Of a stretch of 64,000 nucleotides of DNA, positions 53,438 to 64,000 are shown piece by piece; positions within the stretch are counted from its first letter, which is position 1; each line of letters opens with the position of its first letter. The stretch comes from Antedon mediterranea (taxonomy: Eukaryota > Animalia > Echinodermata). The position numbers were made by a program, and so were the translations under genes. Under the pieces are notes generated by a model, which made no database searches, had not been told where the DNA came from, and was given only the letters and a program-made list of their open reading frames with translations. Where the stretch lies: positions 15,224,948 through 15,288,947 of the forward strand of contig NC_092673.1 of NCBI RefSeq assembly GCF_964355755.1, read 5' to 3'.

Positions 53438-56400
53438 TTTTAATTTTATTATGATTGTAGTACACTGAAAGTATCTATTTTTATTTTATCGTTTTTGTTT
53501 TTATTTATTATTTTATGTAGTAAATTGTATTAGTTTAAATGTATGTGTATTGTTTCTGGGGTCTTTCTCGAGACAAGAAACTTGTTTTCTTCTAAAGAAG
53601 ACCCCAAATGATGGGTTATTACTATGTTTTCACTTATGTACACACCTATAATTATATTATACTGTATAATGCCATTGTTGAATAAATATATGTTTTTTGA
53701 AGAAAAAAAAAAGAAAAGAATTTTGATAAACCTTTTGCTGTATTTTGTCACTGCTGAATATTAATTGCTTTAATAAAATAATAATTATAAATAATAAATG
53801 AATTAATGAATAAACGTCCATTCCCCCTCCACGTCCCGGGGCGTTTATTTGAATAAATACGGTAATTGTTGTGGGGTTTTTTTTTTACCAAAGTGAAGAA
53901 ATTACTAAAACTACAAAATTGCATACTCAATGTTAGTTGTTTTAAAAAAAAACCCGATGGCTAGAAATACATGCAGTAATAACCTAGATTCGGGCTTTAT
54001 CGTTATATTATCTATTATTTGTATTTATTTATTATCTATTTTGTTTGGTTACGATAATCGATGTTAAGAACATAATATAACACAATGGTTTGTAGTAGCT
54101 TCATCATTTCCTAATAAAAGCATTTCTTGCATAACCTTCATGTTAAGACGCCATTCAAATCTCTTTATAATGTCTATATTACTTTCTTTGTATTTATTAT
54201 TTTAATATAAAATCAATTGTTAGAAACGTTTTATAACTTCAGTAAATTTGCTCTAATTCATCATTATCGTGAAGGGGAGATTTCTAAGTTTCATTTAAAA
54301 CGCATTGCGTTGGCTCACAATTACTATTTGAAGAACACGAACCTACCATTAAACGTTTATAAACGGCTTACAACCTATTGTTATTCGTATGAGTTTAGTA
54401 GATGGATTATTTTAAACACGAATCAAGAACTAGGAAATCTAAGTTAATAAACTAGTTATTAAACATAATGAAGATAACAAAATACACTTTCATTATAAGA
54501 ACGCTCAGACTACTGTACTAATAGCAACAAAAATAAATCAAGAGGAAGTAACCCACCATAATGTTAAAAAGTTCAATTATTAAGCCTGATATAATTAAAA
54601 TTCCTGGTATTAGGTGTGTCACCAGTGTTTGGGTTTTAACAAATATTTCACCTCGTGAGTTTTACATAATATTTCTGTCTCATCTGAATTAGAATGTCTC
54701 TATAAGAACTATACATTGTTGGAACTCTTTGCCAAAAAATGTGATTAAATCTCAAAATTTAAACCAATTTAAAACCGCACTAAAAAGCTAACCACCCGTT
54801 AAAATACAGCCCATATTATATAAGACGTTAAAATACAGCCCATAAAAGACGTTAAAATACAGCCCATATAAGAAGAATATGTTCTGGTCATGAGTTGGCA
54901 GAAGCATTAATGCTTTAACTTCCAGAATCCAGGTAGATCCAGGTAGGTAGAAAGAAAATGTTATACTATAGTCTATAGTAGTGCATTAACCGTTGAAAAG
55001 AGTAGTTACGGTACGTTACCGGCAATCTTGTTGCCTTGTCAGTCCTGTGGCAACAAGTAAACGGCCCTGGCTAATAAAAGCTTTCGTAATTATACTTAAT
55101 TATCGAAAGATTAAGCCTAATTGATGAATACTACAAATATAAAAGTTTTAAATTAAATGAAAAGTAACAAATGAAACGTCTTGGCTGACTGAATCTAGAT
55201 TTTAACCCGGCCTTGACGAAAAAAAACCCCCCATAGTAACGGAACTGTAATGAATTGATCCTATTCAAGGTGGGTCTTTTTATCTTATATCAATAACTAG
55301 GACTTTAATTTAAATTTGGGATGGGTTAGATTCTCGGTTGGATTAACGAAATTAGTTCTTTTATTCAGATGTCTGTTGGATTATAAGCTATAAAAATTAA
55401 TTACTTTCGAAAAAATTAATTATGTTTATTTGTTGAAAGATCAATACATGCGTACACCAGTGAGGTGAATTCTTGAATAAGGCTAGCACATTTGTAATAA
55501 CAGTCAGGAGAAAATTGGCAAATTGTTTCCTACTTTCTAGGATTTTTATCAGATAATCTATATTGTTTTGACCACTTTTGTAACATGGCCACAGTGCTGA
55601 TTTTTGCCATTTTTCCTCCAACTGATACATGTATATTTTAGCATGGATTTTTTTCAAACGCCTAAATGGCAATATCACAATAAAACGACATAAATTCTTT
55701 GAATTATGGCAATTTATATGATTGAAGATAATGTGTCCGACATTTACGAAATATATTTTTTCACTGTTTTAGAAATGATTCAACGTAAATCTGTTAAAAA
55801 TGACTAATAGAACGTTTTTCTTACAACATTGGCGATTACCTCGTTTCTAATTATGACGATTAATTTGGATAAGGAATTCACTAACTGCACTAATCACATA
55901 CTTATTAAAAGACTAATATAACGTTATTGTATACATTGTAACATTTAGACAGAATATACAAAAAGGCCTTGCGTGCAGTGATCAGGTATGAACAAAGGCA
56001 ACGAAGAGCAGTCGCGAATACAATCCTTATAAATGGGTGCATATACGAGTGATTTTACTAATTAAACTACTTTTGTGTGAAAGAGTGTCGACTTAATCGA
56101 ATCATTAGCAGTGTAATCGAAGGCCGATTGAATTCTGTCTATGAACATTTACTTGTTGAAAAACGATGTTTAGATTTTTTAGTTTTTAGGAAACAAAACT
56201 CATCAACATAGTGTCTTTTGTGGTTTTTTATACCACCAAGTAAGTATTGAGCATGTTAAATTGTATTAAATAAAAGCTATAAATGGAACAATGATTGATT
56301 AAAACAACATTAGGCCTATTTAAATATAAACAAACATTAAATTATTTCACAGAAATTACACATCACAACCATAATGATTATACATCTAATCGTTGGCAAG

Positions 56401-57250
56401 TAAAAAAGTAGTATTGGATACAGTACTTTTACTATGTATTTTTGAAAAATGTATTTTTCAGTCCTTGATTAAATTGCCCACGCGGGATGAATAAAAATTT
56501 GAAATAAAAATTGAAATTTCCTACTTAATGTATTTTGTTTCTAATCTAAATAGATATTGAAATTATCGTTTTCCTTTTAATTCATATACACTTTTTAAAA
56601 ATAATAAGGTTATATCTACGCAATAGCTACAACAATGATGGCGTAGTCATAGATCTACTATAGGTTAGGCACCTAATCTGAGAAACGACTTAAAATAAAT
56701 AAAACTATTGTGAGTTTGTAATTAAATTTAAGTATGTTCTTTAATCTTCTAAACAGTATGATTAAAGTTCATTGTGTATAATTTATTTGTTTCAAGATGT
56801 TGAAGTAATTGCACGTAGGCCTAAAATACGTTAAATTATGCAGAACAGCTTTGTGTTCTTAATGTCAGTATTAATTAGTTAGATTCACAATCAATCTGAT
56901 TATACCTATTAAAATATACTATTAAAATAAAATATAAAAATATACCTTAATTTTGATGGATGAAATGGAGCCTATTAATAATTCATTGATTCAAATTTCG
57001 AAAGATATTTTGTGTCTTTTAATTAGTATGTCTTATAGGCCTATACAATGTTTTCTTTATTATTTAAATCCAAAGATTTCTGTGTATATTCGATTATACG
57101 CCATGGGCTATTGCACTTTGATCTTTCTACACGTTTGAACCTTAAATATATAATTTACATGTCACCCTCGACAAGTTTAGGTCTATGCTTAAAATTTATT
57201 GCACTTGCAGATAAATATAAAAATATATAAATAAGGAATAATGCAGTTAA

Positions 57251-58270
57251 GGGCCTGTTCAGACCTACGGAGTTATGCTTTCGTATTGTACGCGGCGTAC
57301 AAGTCCATAGGTCTGAACCAGGAAAAGATTAGTGGAAGCCACCTCGTACGACACTGATATTTCGTACGCTACGAAAGCTCAAGGTATGAGTTTAGTGGAC
57401 GTCGCTTACAATACGAAAGTCACGCATCGATGAATATGACCTAGGTTAGATATCTAGCCAATCAAATTACAATATTCGCCACATCACATCGTGACATGTG
57501 CTCCTCATCGTACAGCCAAGCTGATCCATTTGTTGTTGTGATCGGTGAACGTGCGAAAAAATCATACCTTTTGTTTGTTGTTACACTAGGTATACAGTAT
57601 TATTATTATTAATATTATTATATTAATTAATTTAAAATGTCATCGAAGCGTGCGCATTGGCGAGAAACCGAAGTAAAATACCTTATTTCATTGGTGGGAA
57701 GCCCTGAGTTTAGAGATCGGTTGGAAGTGAAAAACTGGCGTAAAAGCACCGGCAACAAGATGTCTGTGTTCAACGAGATGGCGGACACGTTAGATAGCAG
57801 ATGGGCCATCCTCATAATAAAGAAGGATTTAAATTATATCCAAACGAAATTGAAGGGGTCGTCGTATAAAGCGGCGAAAGACCGAGTAAATAAGTCTGGA
57901 GCCGGTGCAAGTACGGGATTTGAACATTTTTCTGCCATAAATGATATTTTAGGCCTAGACCAAATATAAAAACAAACCCCAAAACGATCGGCTGGTTGGT
58001 ATGCCTGACAACCCATCGATAATGCCGAGACCAAGTGTTCGGTCTAGGCCTGTAACTCTTACTCCAACCACTACTACTTTTAATAACAACGAAGGTAGGC
58101 CTAGGTCTATACGTGCGTTAGAGTTTGGTTAATCGCCAGCGAGTGACATCATATCCGTTTGTAACGCAACTTCGTTGCAATGAATCTGAACACTTTGCTC
58201 TTACGACGCTCATTAAAATATGACCTTGGCTGTGATACGAAAGCATAACTCCGTAGGTCTGAACATACCC
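57251..58270 (+). mobile_element. PIF/Harbinger deletion derivative carrying a Myb/SANT-like ORF
   Basis: TAA|GGGCCTGTTCAGACCTACGGAGTTATGCTTTCGTAT ... ATACGAAAGCATAACTCCGTAGGTCTGAACATACCC|TAA. Confidence 0.85.
57637..57969 (+). CDS. Myb/SANT-like (trihelix) DNA-binding domain of a Harbinger element, probably truncated
   Basis: W..TEVKYLISL...VFNEMADTL...IQTKLK...YKAAKDRVNKSGAG...FEHFSAINDILG; lies inside the TIRs. Confidence 0.7.
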   Translation: MSSKRAHWRETEVKYLISLVGSPEFRDRLEVKNWRKSTGNKMSVFNEMADTLDSRWAILIIKKDLNYIQTKLKGSSYKAAKDRVNKSGAGASTGFEHFSAINDILGLDQI

Positions 58271-59635
58271 TAAGTTAATGCGTTTCTTTTGAGGTGTTAC
58301 AAGCGACTTACTATCATGTTTAGTCACCATTTAATCTGATTATCGACGATACAATCTTGTATCCATACTTTACGTATAATGTACCTGGCGTGCGTGGTAA
58401 AACTTAGGCCTATGTTTTATCTTATTCCATCGGCTGATATTAGGATTTATTTACTGTTGTATTGATTAAAAGAATTCAATGACATTGTATCAATTTTGTC
58501 CAAATTTAACATTATTAAAGTTTCAATTTTAAACACAAAAATACATCAAATCAATACAAACTGATGTTTTTTTTAAACCTATAAAGACAATGTACAAAAT
58601 ATTGAAGTTAAAAATTAAACACAAATAAACATGTACCCTAACAATATGAAGAATTTTGACCGTGTTAGTAATTTGTAATCCTTAAAAATTATGGGGTAAG
58701 GGTAACATTTTTGCTAAAAACTTTGAATTTATTGAACATATTTTGCATTTCTAGAACTAATGTTGATTTCGATAAATGTCTACATGACCCAGTGAAGACT
58801 ATAACAGATAAAGGAAGAGCGTGACAACAGCAATTAAAATGGCAAAATATATCGGTTACCAATTTCACTCTAAATTAAAACGCTGTTCTACATTTGTAAA
58901 CAAATACTTTTAATTACAGCAGTTTGGTTTCTAATAAGTTGAACAATAAGGGTAATAACATCGTTTTCACGTTAATATTAACCTTAAAAGAATAGGTGTC
59001 AAATTAAGTATAGAAATTAGACTTGTTCCAGTGATTATGTTACAAGTATATTAAAATATTGAAAAGAAATGGTAAAGAAACGCGTGCTTAACAGGAAATT
59101 TGAAGTGGTGTTGCATTTCAAATGTGGTCGTCCTCCTGAAAAGGAGCAACAAAAAACGGTACACCGCCACCGTTGTTAAAAAAAAAACACAACAAACTCG
59201 TTTGAGGCGATTGTGTATCCTCGTGTTAACTAATATTAATAAAAACGTAATTTACACACGGATGACTTTGCATATTGTTTATCAATTATTTTAATGAAGC
59301 GGAGTTAATGAATGAAAAAAGAAAAACAAATGAAGTCATTGCTGTATACTCAGTGTGCTTGATCCTATAGTTTCACTAATACACCCAATAAGGCCTATAA
59401 TATATAACCAGTTGAATATTAGTTAACAAGGCGTATGGTTGGTTGATTTTCAACGTATGTGTATTCATAACACGTTAGATTACATTACATTTGATTGATT
59501 GAATTCATTTCATTTCTAACAATCAAAAACAAAACAGACTAGAATGATTGGCATTGATTGTACGCACAATATTCGTTAATATCATTGATGAGATCATTAA
59601 AGCACCGACTGTGTAACAATTCATCACGTTGTATA

Positions 59636-59740
59636 AGTTTGGTTCCCACTAAGGACGAAACGCAAATTGACCTAAGCGCAACGCACATGAGTTGATTCAT
59701 CGCTTACGTTCTTGCGTTGCATCCTAGTGGGAACCAAGAT
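59636..59740. mobile_element. Harbinger-type MITE (39465 family)
   Basis: TTGGTTCCCACTA ... TAGTGGGAACCAA inverted ends. Confidence 0.7.
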
Positions 59741-62700
59741 TTAGGGATGGAATTGTCGACAACATAATTATGTTGATTAGAGGTTTGCACAAAGTTGTAA
59801 GAGATAGTATTTCTTTTTTTACTGTGCAAATAAGATGCCGATCCAAAGATGAGAAGAACAACGCCCTCATCGTTACAACTTAAAATAAAGGCCTCCTGTA
59901 TTAAAATGTCCTGTACTCTATATACTTATTTCATTATTTAAAACAGTGTTTCCATATTGCATGTTTGGAGTAAAATGTTAAATACATAATATGGTATAAT
60001 CTGTCGAAATCCGAGATACTTACCAGACATTAGTAAGATCAGAACATTTTTCACTAATTTTGCTATTTAGTCGTAATATGAAGAAACAAATTTTAAACTT
60101 AATTTCGTTTAAAATGCGGTTTAGTTTGTTTATGTCGACCTATTGCCAACTTATTTATGTGATGGATTGAACTTATTACAAGCTGATGTCATTTACATTA
60201 AAAAATCCTTTGAAGTTTCGGATGATGAGTTTAATAAGTAAATAAAACGACACTTATTATATATAATAACGGTAATAAACAAATTGAATTAGGTTATGGT
60301 CCTGTGGCAATGTAGCCTACTGTTATTTATAACAGAGTTGATGTTGCCAGCAAATGTACGTATAAGAAAGTTGGTGTTTGTTATCAATCAAGCATTATGC
60401 GCATTTCCGTTGATAAATAAAAAATATTCAAATAAAAACAATATTCATATTAAATTATAATATTAATAAAGAATCGTCTATTTGTTCGCATCATCTGTAA
60501 AAGAAAAGGAAACTGCTGTGTTTGAGAGTGTTAAAAGAAAACATCAACTATTTTGACGGCATGACAAGGATCCCACGAGTTACACAGAAAGCCAATTGAT
60601 AGGAGGTACCCATGCGACTAAAAGCTAGCAATCAGTGTAAACTAATTACCATCCTTCCAGCAAAAACATGCCTACGATAAAAACACATCTTTTGTGTTGT
60701 AACTATGAACATATTTTTATTATTCGGATATGCGTATAAAATGAAGAGACGCGCCATCGCGTCCGAACTGGACATTCTATACTAGTCTATTTCACAAATC
60801 ATTTCATTTCAAAAGCAAATTGCTTCGAATTTTCAACTATTAACCATTGTATTATGGCATGATCGAGTAATTAGACTATAGACACATTTGAAAAGTATAT
60901 GTATCTGTTAGTGAGAGCTTTTTGATTCCTCAATTCATCCGTGCTGCTTAAATACGCGAAAGAAAGAACGAACAAAGGCGGCAGTGTCGGTTATCTAGGC
61001 TTATGATGTGGGAAAAGTTTTCAGTAAGGACCTAAAATTGCCTAGCGTGTTTCCTTATTTACAGTAAACGATCGTAGTTTGTTTTCGCTTTATCAGGCAT
61101 ATTATTTGTTAGAAACCGTTAATTTAAAGTGACGGCATTTAAAATAAGCTAACCTTGAAAGCTGGCAATCAAACTCTCATTAAACACCTCAACAACAATC
61201 ACCAGGTGTTGTTTTGAAGATTCACTTTCCATAAATGATATTTCTTTTATTTGAACAAATCAACTATCACTAAGACGTTTATAATCAGTTCAGCACCAAT
61301 TAATAAAAATGGCATTGTAGAAAGTGCTTACCTTCCAATCGTATTATCCTGTGTTCAGTTCTGAGTTCGATCATTATGGTTGGGTATCGGTTAGTGTTTA
61401 AAAAAATAAAATGATGTAAATAACTCCTAATTATAAGTTACCATGCATACGTGATGTTTATTGTATTGCTTGACGTCACACACCTTTGAGAGTTTGGCAG
61501 TCTAAGCCCATATCGTTTTTCTTAAATGTAGTCATATATTTGTCCCCGTCTCTATAATGTATTATATTTTCAGAAGATAGTGGCCGGCAAAAATATTATT
61601 TTCGTCAGCCACCATCTTCAGAAAATTATAATACAATAGATGGTCATGTTGTTAATGCATGGATAACATATCGATTAAATGCATTTGGAATAGGCCTACA
61701 ATATTAACAACAACTTTAACAAACTCTCTGTAATAGTAGTCTCTGTAGGCCTATATCTACATTGAATTTAGTTAAAAGTTAGAAACCAATTCTAATGATA
61801 GTAAATGCAATGAAATTCCGGGAAAATATTAGTCTATACAGAATACTTAACCCATATTAAATTCTAAAAGCTTGCCATTCCACAGAAGTACTTTTTAAGT
61901 ACTACTCAACTTTAAAAAATGAAGGTTTAACATTGGTAGCAGACGGTAGCTTATTTAGACCAACAAAGAATACAAGTTCTATGAGTCTGGTTACGGCACA
62001 CATAAGTGTTGTCGACAAATTAGCGTCTTAGCTAATTCATCTTTTGTCGTTAACTTCTATTGTCAGGCAAACGAAAAGGGAGTGTTAATTAAATTAGGTT
62101 CTCAAGTCAGTTTGAGTGTTTCAACTTGTAATTGTATTAATTGGTGTGATAATGAAGGTATGTTTATGCAACGTTTAGTATTACTCGAATAGACGTGATC
62201 GATGTTGCCGATTCTCGTTACTCACACGTTAACGCGAGTTAGCAAGACGCCTTCATCCGCTGACAAAATAATTAATCATTCTATGGAAACAAATTATTAT
62301 GTTTTGTTCTTTACCAACGAAGAACGTTTGATTATGTAATTAGATATTATAAATACTGCACTTAAAATACTTGAAGGGTCGCTTTCTTATATACCAGCAT
62401 GAGTTGTCAAGTATAGGCATATTATCGATGTTAGCTTGCATGTTACATACACGGTGGATAAAGCTAAGCCTTCACAAGCAATGGGAGATTTATAGAAATA
62501 TATGTATGGTTCCTTTTCCTTTCTGTGGTTCCCTTTCTCAAATCTGTAAACAAGACCCGTTTACTGATAATGATCGATACAACGATTATATTTTTCTTAT
62601 TGATCATAATGACATTTGATTGGACAGATAATGGTTCCCCAATTTAAGATAAAAACTTTCCTAATTTCTTTATGTTTTCTGTAGGTAAAATGTATGCATG

Positions 62701-64000
62701 TATCACACATACCACAGGGGTGAGTGTAGTGACTTGTTTGCGTCTATATTGATTATGTGTACTGTACATTTGCGCGAATACGGTAACCTAACTCGTCCAA
62801 AGTGAGAGGTTCAAATCTATGGTCAGTCGTTTGCAACGTATAGCCTTTTCCAGCTTCACCAATAATTGTTTTATTTAATGTAGACGATTTCAACTACGAT
62901 TTATGTAAAGTTAATACATTGCAAAGATAAGTTCAGAAAACACACATACACAAACAAGGATACTCGCTGAGGATTAATACAACATCAAGCAGGACAGCTT
63001 CCATCATCTCTAATTGTTATTACATAATTAAGAAATACTATCAACCGTTCGATTTCTGCTGGTAATCGAACAGATTGCTACTTATGTTCCAACTAATTCC
63101 ACCAAATAAACACGCTTAATAATCAAGAAAATTGTAATAATAATCAACATTGATGAAACGCGTATTTATGTTAAAACTTACGCGTTGATCCTGACAAAAC
63201 TTAGGGCACTTTACGATGCGTAATTATTACATTATCCATAGAATACAAACAATCCAGTGTAAATTGGGCACTTGTGGGTATGAAGAGTGTGTGTAATACG
63301 AGATAGATTCATCAACAATTGATAGCTCAACTACTGGCCTTCCATGAGTACAGTAATTAAAGAAAAAGCACGCACGCTTAACTTTCTATAGCATATCATT
63401 TTCCAAAATAGATTATACAGTTTTGATTATGTTTACGTACTGAAAATTTTACCTAACATTGTATTTGTACAATATAGAATTACAGGGTGCATATGTGCGT
63501 GTGTGTGTTTAATGTTAGGCGATGGTAAAAATGGTTCAGGAAATTTTTTTTAAACTCTTCATCATAATATAATTACTCCTTTTAATAATTCAATGTTTTA
63601 AAAAACAATATCCCGTATTGTTTCATTTCCATAAACAAACACGTAATCAAAAATATCTAGGAAAATCCAATAACAACAACAAAGGCAAAACAAGTTTACA
63701 AATATTGTATTTGGAATAACATGGAAATAATATAGGCCATAGTGGTAAGTGTGTGGCCGCCATCAAGACAATATGACGCTTAAAATATGATATAACCCGC
63801 CTATTATAAACCGAAATAAAAATTAAAAAGATTATTGTTCGAAATAGCTAAGTGTTATTAGAAACGAACATATTTTTTTGACGAATAAAATGCTGTTCTA
63901 AAAATAGTTTAAATTGTTAAAATACTTGATGTACAAGTACAATTGGCAGAATGAAAATCACGTCGTCATCATCAAAGAACAATTATAATGAATTAAATTT

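Overview
AT-rich animal genomic DNA with spliceosomal introns. The frequent TAGGCCTA palindrome and the repeat types suggest a marine invertebrate such as an echinoderm (inference only). Hand-built gene models: (1) an intronless-CDS aminergic (catecholamine/D1- or beta-type) GPCR; (2) RNPC3/U11-U12 65K on the minus strand, whose last coding intron is itself U12-type; (3) HtrA2/Omi, head-to-head with RNPC3; (4) a tandem array of three highly divergent multi-exon class A 7TM receptor genes that share exon structure but have lost most canonical GPCR activation motifs. The rest is repeats: two inverted non-autonomous Helitrons, a Ginger-like element, Harbinger/hAT/Kolobok MITEs, LINE 3' fragments, a tRNA-derived composite in (TA)n, and minisatellites. 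The best leads are the atypical receptor family, a ~220-nt pseudoknot-like element with two perfect TCF sites in HtrA2 intron 5, and minor-spliceosome autoregulation signals in RNPC3. Exon coordinates were read by eye and checked for frame; no database searches were run.
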